NCBI GenBank assembly: GCA_963758635.1
Contig: CAVWWD010000008.1
Location: forward strand, 1,024,001-1,088,000
Reading direction: 5' to 3'
Source of the DNA: an uncultured Candidatus Rokubacteria bacterium
Lineage (GTDB): Bacteria; Methylomirabilota; Methylomirabilia; Rokubacteriales; CSP1-6
Length of the DNA stretch: 64,000 bases
Made by a program: the position numbers and the translations under genes. The notes beneath the pieces are model-generated. The model saw nothing but the letters and a program-made list of their open reading frames with translations, had not been told where the DNA came from and made no database searches. Below are positions 1-9,689 of this stretch, piece after piece (position 1 is the stretch's first letter; each line of letters starts with the position of its first letter).

Positions 1-849
1 GCCGGCGGCGGCGAGGCCCAGGCCCGCGGTGTTGGCGAGGCGGCCCGCGGCCACCAGGACGGCGTCCACCTCGATCGCGCCGCCGGCTCGGAGCTCCATC
101 GTGATGCCGTCGGGGCCGGGCACGAAGCGGGTGATCGCCTCGCCGATCCGGAGGTCCACGCCCAGGAGCCCGAGCTGCACGCGCAGGCGGTCCGAGGTCT
201 CCGCGTCGAGGAAGGGCAGCAGGCGCGGGCGGCCGTCGATCATCACCACCCGGATCCCCAGCGCCGCGAACATCGACGCGTACTCGCAGCCGATCACGCC
301 CGCGCCGACCACGCCCAGGGTCCGCGGCAGGGTCGTCATGCCGAGGATGCTGTCGCTGTCGTAGACGCGCGGGTCGCCGGCGGGCAGGTCGCGGCCGGGA
401 TTCGGCACCGACCCCGTGGCGACCAGGATGACGTCGCCCGCGATGGTCCGCGCGGCGCCGCCGTGGGGCGGCGTGACCGCGATGGTGTGGGGGTCGGCGA
501 AGGCGGCGGTCCCGCGGATCAGCTCGATCCGGTGGCGCTCGATGTTGGCGTGGACGACCTCGCGGAGCGACCGCACCACTTCCTGCTCCCGGTGGAGGAA
601 GTCGCGGACCGTGAAGTCCTGGAGCGGCGGCATGTCCACGCCGTAGAGGCCGCGCTGGGCGAGCCCCGAGAAGTACAGCGCGGTCTCGCGCAGCGTCTTC
701 GACGGGATGGTGCCGGTGTTGACGCCCGCGCCGCCCACGTGGGACGCGGCCTCGACGAGGGCCACGCGCTTGCCGAAGTAGGCGGCCTGGGCGGCGCCCT
801 TCTCGCCCGCCGGGCCGGAGCCGATGACGACCAGGTCGTAGCGGTCCAG
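1..849 (-). CDS. sthA: Soluble pyridine nucleotide transhydrogenase (Si-specific), N-terminal part; runs off the window edge
   Basis: Manual translation: DRYDLVVIGSGPAGEKGAAQAAYFGKRVALVE...GGAGVNTGTIPSKTLRE...GAGVIGCEYASMF. FAD and NAD GxGxxG motifs; lacks the redox CxxxxC pair. Apparent start is CTG at 849. Confidence 0.8.
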   Translation of the reverse strand, partial: MDRYDLVVIGSGPAGEKGAAQAAYFGKRVALVEAASHVGGAGVNTGTIPSKTLRETALYFSGLAQRGLYGVDMPPLQDFTVRDFLHREQEVVRSLREVVHANIERHRIELIRGTAAFADPHTIAVTPPHGGAARTIAGDVILVATGSVPNPGRDLPAGDPRVYDSDSILGMTTLPRTLGVVGAGVIGCEYASMFAALGIRVVMIDGRPRLLPFLDAETSDRLRVQLGLLGVDLRIGEAITRFVPGPDGITMELRAGGAIEVDAVLVAAGRLANTAGLGLAAAG

Positions 850-853
850 CGCG

Positions 854-2253
854 TCAGTCCTGACGCCGCCTGAGCATCTGCTGGAGGCTCTGGCGGGTGA
901 GGCCGAGCCGCTCCGCCGCCCGCGTCTTGGACCCGCACTCGCGGAGCGCGTCCTCGATCATCTGGCGCTTGAGCTGCTCGATGGCGTCCCCGAGGGTGAG
1001 GCGCGCCTCGGCCGGGGCGTCGGGCAGCTGGCGGATGCGATCGGACAGGTGCTCGAGGCCGATGGGCTGGCCGGTGTCGGCGAGGGCGACCGCCCGCTCG
1101 ATCTCGTTCTCCAGCTCGCGCACGTTGCCGGGGAAGGGGTAGGCGCGGAGCGCGCGCAGCGCCTCCGCCGCGATGGACGGGACGGCTCGCCGCGCCCGCT
1201 CCCGGTAGATCCTCAGGAAGTGCTCGGCCAGGATCGGGACGTCCTCGCTGCGCTCGCGGAGCGCGGGCAGGCGGATCGGGAACACGTTCAGCCGGTAGTA
1301 GAGGTCCCGCCGGAACCGCCCGGCCGCCACCTCGGCCTCCAGGTCCGCGTTCGTCGCGGCGAGCACGCGGACGTCGACCTTGCGCGCCGTCTGGGTCCCG
1401 AGGCGGCGGATCTCGCCGTCCTGGAGGACGCGGAGGAGCCGGAGCTGCATGGCCGGGGAGGTGTCGCCGATCTCGTCCAGGAAGACCGTGCCGCCGTCCG
1501 CCTCCTCGAAGAGGCCCTTCCGGTCGCCGGTGGCGCCGGTGAAGGCGCCGCGCGCATGGCCGAACAGCTCCGACTCGAGGAGCGACTCGGGGAGCGCGCC
1601 GCAGTTCTGGGCCACGAAGCGGGCGTTCCGGCGGGGGCCGTTGTCGTGGATGAGGCGGGCGAAGAGCTCCTTGCCCGTGCCGGTCTCGCCGAGGAGCAGC
1701 ACCGTCGTGTCGGCGTCGAGGATCTTGCGCGCGAGCGCCACGGCCGGCCGCAGGCCCGTGCCCGCGCCGACCAGGCCCTCGAAGGACAGCGGGCGCTCGC
1801 GCGTGGCCGCCGCCTCGCGGCGGAGCGTGTTCAGGGCCAGCTCCAGCTCGTCGCGCAGCCGCGCGTTGTCCGCGGCGAGGGCGTAGCGCTCGGCGGCCCG
1901 CCGCACCACCAGGCGCAGCTCCGTCGGGATCCCACGGCTTGGGGATGAAGTGGTAGATGCGCCCGGTGTTGATCGCGTCCATCAGGCTGTCGACGTCGGT
2001 GTACGCGGTGAGGACGATGCGCACGGCGTCGGGGCAGATGTCCTGGCTCCGGCGCAGCAGCTCGACCCCGGTCATGCCCGGCATGCGGTAGTCGGTGACG
2101 ATGACCGCGACGTCGGCGCCGGGCAGGAGCTCCAGCGCCTGCGCGCCGCTGCCCGCGCGCAAGACGCGGAACTCCGCGGCGAGGATGGCCTCGAGCGCGT
2201 CGAGCACGCGCGGCTCGTCGTCGACGACGAGGATGGTTGTCGGCTGGCTCCAC
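854..2253 (-). CDS. Sigma54-dependent NtrC-family response regulator (REC-AAA+-HTH), frameshifted near 1920 and at the start
   Basis: TILVVDDEPRVL...VTDYRMPG...KPW receiver; GETGTGKE, ESELFGH, GAFTGA, FLDEIG, FPGNVRELEN; C-terminal Fis-type HTH. Confidence 0.9.
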
Positions 2254-2261
2254 TGGTGTCC

Positions 2262-3486
2262 TCACCCCGGTCCGTCCGGGCCCAGCGAGGGGCCGTCGGT
2301 CGGGCGGGCAGCGCGAGGCGGGGAGCTACCCGGGCGGCGGCGGCGGCGTCCCGCGGCCCGAGGATCTCGTAGAGCGTCTCGCGCTCCTTCAGCCCCTTGA
2401 GCCTCGGGGAGCCCAGCTCGCGGTAGCGGACGAGATCCGAACCTCGCGGAACGTGCCCTCGGCGGCGATTATATGCGCGTCGAACAGGCGTGTCATGCGC
2501 TGGATGCGCGCCGCCGCGATCATGGGCCGGCCCACCACGACCAGCTCGCGCCGCTCCGCCGAGCCGATGGTGCCGGCCAGCACCGGGCCGGAGGCGATGC
2601 CCACGCCGATGTCGAAGCGGGGCACGCCTTCGCCGGCCCAGCGGCGGGCCAGGCGCGCGCACCGCCGCCACCATGTCGATCGCCGCGCGCACCGCCCGCG
2701 CGGGCGCGTCGGCGGCCGCCTCCGCGAGCCCGAAGAGGACCACGATCTCGTCGCCGATGAGCTGCTCGACCGTCCCTGGTGGCGGAAGATCACCTCGATC
2801 ATCTCGGTGAGGTAGCGGTCGAGGAGCCGGATGACGATCGGGCCCGGGCGTGGTCTCGATCAGCCGCGTGTAGCCGCGGATGTCCGCGAAGAGGACGGTG
2901 GCCTCCCGCCAGTCGCCGGGCTGGTCGAGGAGCGCCGGGTTGCCGAGGGCCATGTCGGCGAGACGCGGCGAGACGTAGCGCTGGAGCTGGGCCCGCACCG
3001 CCGCCTCGCGCACGGCGCGGTCCTGCGTGGCGCGAAGGTCGGCCAGCGTGGCCTCGAGGTCGCGCGTTCTTCGTCGCGAGGTCGCGCAGGAGCTGGCCGC
3101 GCTCGACGGCGAGGCGATAGCGCTCCACGCCGCGCCGCACGGTGTGGGTGAGCTCGGTGGGGTCCCACGGCTTCAGGATGAAGTGGTAGATGTTGGCGGC
3201 GTTGATGGACGTCCATCAGGGCGTCGGCGTCGGTGAAGGCGGTCAGGAGCACCCGCACCGTCTCCGGCGCCACGTCCCGGCAGCGCGCGAGCAGCTCCGT
3301 GCCCGCCATCCCGGGCATCCGCTGGTCGCTCACGACGAGGGCGACCTCCTCGCGCTCGAGCAGGTCCAGCGCGGCGTCCGGCCGCTCGGCCCGGAGCACG
3401 CGGTAGTCCATGGCCAGCAGGGCCTCCAGGGAGTCGAGGACGCGGACCTCGTCGTCGACCAGCAGGACGGTGGCCTCCGCCGTCAC
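2262..3486 (-). CDS. Response regulator receiver fused to a class III nucleotidyl cyclase domain (several frameshifts; 3' end approximate)
   Basis: VLLVDDE...SDQRMPG...KPW receiver, coiled coil, then TVLFADIRGYT, GTVEQLIGDEIVVLFG, IGVGIASGPVLAGTIGS, LKGLKE, stitched across frames. Confidence 0.8.
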
Positions 3487-5734
3487 GCCGCCACCTTCCG
3501 CGCGATGGGCAGGCGGACGGTGAAGCAGGCGCCGCCGTCCCGGCCGGTTCTCGGCCTGGATCTCCCCGCCGTGCTTCTTGAGGATCTCGTAGCTGATGCT
3601 GAGGCCGAGCCCGGTGCCCTCGCCGACGGGCTTGGTGGTGAAGAACGGGTCGAAGATGCGGCCGATCACGTCGGGAGCGATCCCCGCGCCGGTGTCCGCG
3701 ATGCGCACGACGGCCATGCCGTCGTCCACCCGCGGTCTCGATGGAGATGGTCCCGGGGCCGACGATGGCCTGGGCGGCGTTCGCGAGCAGGTTCAGGAAG
3801 ACCTGGTCGATCTGGGAGCGGACGCACTCGACGGGGGGCAGCTCGCCGAGCGTGCGCTCCACGGTGACGCGGTCCTTGAGCAGGTGGTTGAGCAGGGTGA
3901 GGCTCGACTCGATCTCCTCGTGCAGGTCCACCGACTGCCAGACGTCGTCCTGCGAGCGGGCGAACACGCGGAGGTCGCGGACGATCTTGCGGGCGCGCTC
4001 CGCGCCCTCCTTGATGCCCTGGGTCATCGAGTCCAGGTACTTGAGGACGTAGTCGACCTTGAGCGTGTCCCACTCGCTGGCGACGCGCGCGCGGTCGCGC
4101 TCCTCGAGGGCGGCGCCCCGGTACGTCTCGAGCATGGCCCGCAGGCGGCGGACGAAGTCCTCGAGCGTGCCGACGTTGGAGTAGACGAAGCCGATGGGGT
4201 TGTTCAGCTCGTGGGCGACGCCGGCGACGAGCTGGCCCACGGACGCCATCTTCTCCCGCTGGATGAGCTGCATCTGGGTGGCCTGCAGCTCCCGGTAGGC
4301 CGCCTGCAGGTCCTCGTGCGCCGTCCGGAGCTGCTCGGTGCGCACCCGCACCTTGTCCTCCAGCCCACGCGACAGCTCCTCGATGGTCTGGAAGCTCTGC
4401 GCCCGGTCCACCGCCAGCGCCACGTGGTTGGCGACGGCGGAGAGGAGCTCCACGTCGGCGCCGCCGACGCCACCGGGCTCGCTCGAGGTCACGTTGAGGA
4501 CGCCGAAGACGACCTCCTTCACCCGGAGGGGCACCCCGACGACGGCGCGGACGCCGAACGACCGGGCGGTGGCCACGTTCACCGGCTCCGTCGTGGTCTC
4601 GATGTCGTCGATCACCAGCGGGAGCCCGGTGCGGGCCACGCGGGCCGCGGTCGCGTGCGCGTCGTCCAGCGGGAACTCCACGTTCTCGAACGGCGCGGCC
4701 GTGGCGATGCCGCCGGCCATCCGGTGGCCGCGGAGCCGCCGGCGGGCGTGGTCCACGAGGTACAGGTACGCGCCCTGGTAGCCCATGCGATGGACGAGGC
4801 GCTGGAGGGCCTGCTCGTAGATCTTCTCGGCGTCGAGGGTGGCGTTGACGGCGGCGGACAGCTCGCTGAGCAGGGAGAGCTGCTCGATGGTCGTCCCGAG
4901 GTCGCGAAACTTCTTCTCCAGCTCGTTGTTGGAGTAGAGGATCTCCTCGGACTGCAGGTGCAGCATCTCCCGCGAGTGCCGCCAGCGGGCGCGCTGCACG
5001 AGGCCGTACCCGATGGCGCCGCCGAAGAGCACGGGCAGCGTGGCGACCGCCGACCTCCGTGGCCCAGGCCAGGGGCTGGGTGGAGGCGAGGGCGGCGGAG
5101 AGCGCAACGGACGCCCCGGCCCCCGCCACGGTGGGTCCCCAGAACCGCCGGCCGAGCGGCGGATTCTTCCAGGCGACCTCGAGCACGCAGGCGTCGGCGC
5201 CCCGCGCGGCGCACTGCCGCTCCCGCACGGTCGCGCGCGGGAGGGCCCAGTTGGTGGGATACCGCTCCCACTTGACGGACTCCCAGACGCAGTACCAGCG
5301 CGGGATCGTGTACCCGGGCAGGGGAGTGCGCCGGACGGTGGCCCGATTGCGCCCGACCGAGCTCCTGGTGTGCGCAGAAGCGCTGCACCGTGCCGGCGAT
5401 CGTGTCGTGGGACTTGAACAGCTCGCGCGGGTGCCCGAGCCCCATGGTGTAGGTGCCGAGGTAGTGCCGGTACTCGCGCGAGGGCTTCCAGTCCATCATG
5501 TCGTCGGTGTAGCGGCGCGCCCAGGCGTCCACGTCCGTGTCGCCCGTCAGCTCCATGGCCACCTGCACCAGCTCGTTGGCGAGGCCGAGCGGGATCCAGT
5601 TGTGGTCGGCCATCAGGTACTCGCGGGAGTGGCCGGCCGCGCGGCACAGCGGCGGCCACTCCCGCGGCCCCGATCTCCTTCTCCACGAAGGGGATCAGGC
5701 CCTTCGTGACGAGACAGTTGACCTCGCCCGGCAT
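3483..5734 (-). CDS. Membrane histidine kinase: V4R/H-NOX-like N-terminal domain, two TM helices, GAF, HisKA, HATPase (frameshifted)
   Basis: AGVAHELNNP H-box, QVFLNLLANA N-box, DTGAGI, FFTTK, GTGLGL; GAF (GVPLRVKEVVFGVLNV); N-terminal domain ends in ERQCAARGADACVLEVAW. Confidence 0.85.
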
Positions 5735-5741
5735 TCGCCTC

Positions 5742-5817
5742 TAATGACCCTCGCTAACCGCCACGGGCTCCTACAGTCCCACCGCTCGGCACTCGTCTGA
5801 TGCGCCGAGGCTCACTA
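5742..5817. mobile_element. MITE-like element, copy 1, TA-bounded with imperfect terminal inverted repeats
   Basis: 5755-5817 matches 63045-63105 with 4 substitutions and 2 single-base indels; ends TAATGACCCTCGC and GAGGCTCACTA are imperfect inverted repeats. Confidence 0.6.
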
Positions 5818-6379
5818 CGAGGGCTTGTAGACGAACTTGGAGGTGATGTTCACCGGGTTGGCGAGGGTGTCCCGCACCGCCGACTTCCGGTCGATGGTCT
5901 CCTTGCACCGGCGCACCTTGTCCTCGGGCGCCGAGCTCTGGATCGTCACCGTGTAGTTGATGTCGGTGATGCCGTTGCGCGTCGTACTTGTCGTGCCCCA
6001 TGAAGCCCCGCGCGTCCATGTGGGCCTCGAGGTCCAGCTCGATCGCGTCGACGGGCACGTCGAAGAGCGCGGCGTTGGTGGCCGTGGCGTTGGTGACGCA
6101 GCCGGCGAGGGCGGCGAGGACGACCTCGATCGGGAACGGCGCGTTGTCGTTGCCGCCGAGCTCGGGCGGCTCGTCCACCATGATCGTGAAGCGGCGCGCG
6201 GGGCCGGTCATGCGGTTGCCGCCCGCCTACCACTCGCTCAGCGTCACCTGGGTCATCGTGCCCCGGCACCACGTGGACTTGGCCTTGATGACCAGCTTCT
6301 CCAGGCCGGGGTTCTGCTTGATCGCGGCGTCGGTCGCCTTGAGCTTCTCGAGGTTCACGTCGTTGGTGCCGAGGGCCAT
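5815..6379 (-). CDS. OsmC/Ohr-family protein (in-frame TAG at 6227-6229, frameshift near 5985)
   Basis: MALGTNDVNLEKL...DEPPELGGNDNAPFPIEVVLAALAGC...DARGFMG...SAVRDTLANPV; RBS GGAGG upstream. Confidence 0.8.
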
Positions 6380-6397
6380 GGGATGTCCTCCTTGGGC

Positions 6398-8451
6398 TCA
6401 GAGCAGGTTGGCGATCATGCGGGCGGCGCGCTCGGTCCCGCCGGCGGGCGCCTCCCGGTGCTGGACGGGCTTCCCCAGGTGGTCGAGGATGGCCGCGCCC
6501 AGCTCCTCCACGGTGGTCCGGTCGAAGTCCATCCGCACGCCGGCCCCGAGGCGGTCGAGGCGGCGCGCGACGTGGAAGTTCTGCTCGAAGTGGTTCCGCA
6601 GCGGAAAGTAGATGAACGGCGTGTGGACGGCGGCGAGCTCCATGGTGGTGGTGAGCCCGCCCTGCACGATGGCGAGGTCGGCGGCGGCGTGGTGCCGGAA
6701 CAGGTTGGGCACGAACGGGCGCACGTCGATCTGCGGGCCCGCGGGCAGCTCGTCCGGGCGGAGGCGGGGGCCGGCGACCATGATCATCCGGGTGTCGGGC
6801 ACCCGGTGGGCCACGAGGGAGAAGGCGTCGGCGCACTTCCGCAGCAGGCTCGCGCCCACCGCGGGTGCCCCCGACGGACACGAGGATGACGCGCTCGTCC
6901 GTCGGGGAAGCCGAGGTCGTGGCGCAGCGCGGCCTTGTCCCGGTAGTCGGCGGGGTCGAAGTGGTACGTGTAGCCGGAGAAGCCGAAGTGCGCGCGCGCC
7001 CACTCCCGCATGTTGGGCAGGTCGGGGCCGAAGGGGCGGTCCAGGACGTCCTCCTCGTCGCCCGACCATGATGGACAGGTCGCGGACGCCGGGATGCAGC
7101 CGCAGATGGTCGACGTTCTCCGCGTTCTTCTCCCACGCGCGCCGGAACTCCACCGAGCCGGGCTCGTCCCGCATGGGCAGCATGCCGATGAAGTCGGTCA
7201 TGAACACGTAGGGCGCCCGCTTCAGCTCGGGGTTCTCGTGCAGGAAATAGTCGAGGTCCCAGCCCTCGTCGCCCACCCACAGGTCGTAGTCCTCGCGCTC
7301 CACCACGTCGGCGAACGTCATGAAGTTGGCGGCCATGACCTCGTCCATGTCCCAGAGGGCGTTGAACGCGTGCAGCTCGTGGTCGCCGGCCCACCCCTCG
7401 ACGTGCGCGCTCTCGTTGAGGAGGAGCCTCGTGGCGGGGTGCAGGCGCTCGCCCCACGCCTCCACCACGCGGTCGGCGGGGTTGGCGGCGAGGAAGTCCA
7501 CGGTGGCGTCGGGATGGATCGTGCGGAGCGCGCGGGCGATGGCGAGGTCGCGCTGGATGTGGCCGAGGCCGATCGGGCTCGACAGCCACAGGATGCGGCG
7601 CTGCGTGGTGCGCCGGCGCGCCGGCACGGGCGGCTTCCGTTCGGTCGTCGCCGGGATGCGCGACGTGGGACACGGGCCGGTCCTGCACGAAGTCGCGGAT
7701 GAGGTGGTTGACCTTGACGGCGTGGCGGCCATGGAGGATGTGGCCCGCCCCCTCGAAGGTGACGAGGCGCGCGCCCGGGATCGCCGCGACGAGCTTCTCG
7801 GCGTGGGAGTACGGCACGATCTTGTCGAGGGTGCCGTGGAGCGCGAGGGTCGGGACCCGCACCGAGGCGAGCAGGTCGTAGACGTTGGACCCGTCGATGG
7901 CCTTGAGCGACTCGATGAGCACGTCGGGCGTGGTCTCACGGGTCCAGGCGATGCAGTCCTCGATCCCCTTCAGCGAGTGGGGCTCGGGCAGGCACCGCGT
8001 GAACAGCCGCTGCTGCCAGGCCGCGAAATCGTCCCGGATCACCGGGGCGACCTTCTCGTCGAAGGGCTGGGGCACGGACTCGGCATACTGGCCGCTCAGC
8101 AGGATCGAGGTGCGACAGCCGGTCGGGATGCTCGACGGCGTACCGCAGGGCGAGCATCCCGGCGCAGGACAGGGCCACCAGGGCGAACGGGGGCCGCGCC
8201 ACCTCATCGAGGATGGCAAGCCAGTCCTGGTATCGCGTCTCGAGGTCGTACCCCGCCGCCGGGCGGTCCGAGCGCCCGTTGCCGCGCATGTCCATCGTCG
8301 CCACGCGGAAGTAGCGCGAGAGGTAGGGAACCTGGTTCTTCCACTGGCGGCTGTACGTGACCGGCTGGCACTGGGGGAGCAGGAAGAGGTCCCGCGATCC
8401 GCTTCCCGTCACCTGGTAGAAGAGCCTGACCCCGTCCCGCGTCACGAACAT
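6398..8451 (-). CDS. Alpha/beta-hydrolase fused to a GT-B (GT28/MurG-like) glycosyltransferase (frameshifted)
   Basis: DMRGNGRSDRP, ALSCAG nucleophile elbow, HGTLDKIV, GAGH; then SSPIGLGHIQRD, VQGGLTTTMEL, HFEQ. No stop or RBS between the two domains. Confidence 0.8.
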
Positions 8452-9490
8452 GGCTGCCTCTCCCTCCTTGGCTCCAGGGCTTCGCCGGCGGGCGCCATGG
8501 CGTCCGACGCCCGCGGCGCGCGGCGGGCGCGCTCGTAGAGGACCAGCGCGGCGCCCCCGCGGACGGTGCGCGTCTTGTCGCCGGGGACGAGGTGGATGCG
8601 CGTGCTCGCCAGCGCGTCGGCCAGCGCGTACTGCCGCGTGCGGCGCAGGATCTCGTCCTCGAGGGGCAGCAGGGAGGAGACGACCCCGCCGGTGACGATG
8701 ACGATCTCGGGGTTCAGGCCGTTCACGACGATGGCGAGGGTGGCGCCCAGCGCCTGGCACGCCCGGTCGGCCATCGCGCGCGCGAGGCCGTCGCCCGCGG
8801 CGGCGGCGTCGAAGATGGTCCGGGCGGTGATCGCGTCCACGCTTCCGGCGAGGGCCGGCATGGACGACGGCTCGACGGCGACGCGGCGGCGCGCCTGCTC
8901 GGCGAGGTACTCACCGGCGGCGTACATGGCGACGCAGCCGCGCCCACCGCACGGGCAGGCGGGCCCGTCGAGCTCCAGCGGGATGTGCCCGAACTCGCCC
9001 GCGTATCCGCGGTGGCCCCGGGCGAGCCGGCCGTCCATGATCAGCCCGGCGCCGATGCCGCGTGCCGATGGCGAGGACCACGCAGGAGGCGCTGCCGCGG
9101 GCGAGGCCGAAGCGCCACTCGCCGAGCGCGAGCGCGTTGGCGTCGTTGTCGACGAGCGTGGGCAGGCCGGTCTTCGCCTCGAGGCGCTCGGCGATGTTGC
9201 CGCGCAGGTCCACCACGTGCTCGCCGCGCCGAGGTCAGCAGGACCCCGCGGTCGGCGTCGACGAGCCCGGGCAAGCCGACGCCGACCGCCTCCACGTGCA
9301 GGCCGCGCTCGGCCGCCTGCATGCGCAGCGTCGCCACGATCCCGAGGAGGCCTTCCATGGCCGCGCGCGAGCCGAGCCTCGTGGGCACCTGGACGGTCGA
9401 CAGGATGGCGCCATCGGCCGTGACCAGCCCGCCGGAGATGGTGGTGCAGCCCACGTCCACGCCGATCAGCACGCCTGGCATCGCGGTCAT
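8442..9490 (-). CDS. ROK-family sugar kinase (frameshifted near 9230 and 9060)
   Basis: GVDVGCTT, GVGLPGLVD, DNDANA, GIGAG, GEFGH, CPCGGRGC Zn motif; no N-terminal HTH. Confidence 0.85.
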
Positions 9491-9571
9491 CTCGTTCGCT
9501 CCCGCCTTCCTCATGGCAACTTCGCGGGCCAGTGACGAGGGCCATCTTCCACGCGTGACTTGCGCGGTATG

Positions 9572-9592
9572 CCTGCAAGGTGGGCTTGCAGG
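9572..9592. promoter_or_regulatory. Palindromic operator CCTGCAAG-N5-CTTGCAGG (TGCA-N9-TGCA core)
   Basis: Perfect 8-bp dyad about 80 bp upstream of the ROK gene; same spacing as NtrC-type enhancer boxes. Confidence 0.4.
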
Positions 9593-9689
9593 GGCTGCGG
9601 GGACCCGCCGGGGCGCCGTGAGCGTTTCCGAGGCACTTGGCTCCGCAAGCCGACGATGCTCGACGCGCGACCCGCGGGCAAGGTGGCAG

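Noticed and set aside
2262..3486. Pycsar/CBASS-type anti-phage system
   Set aside because: The cyclase is receiver-fused in a two-component cluster, with no cNMP-binding, TIR or TM effector alongside.
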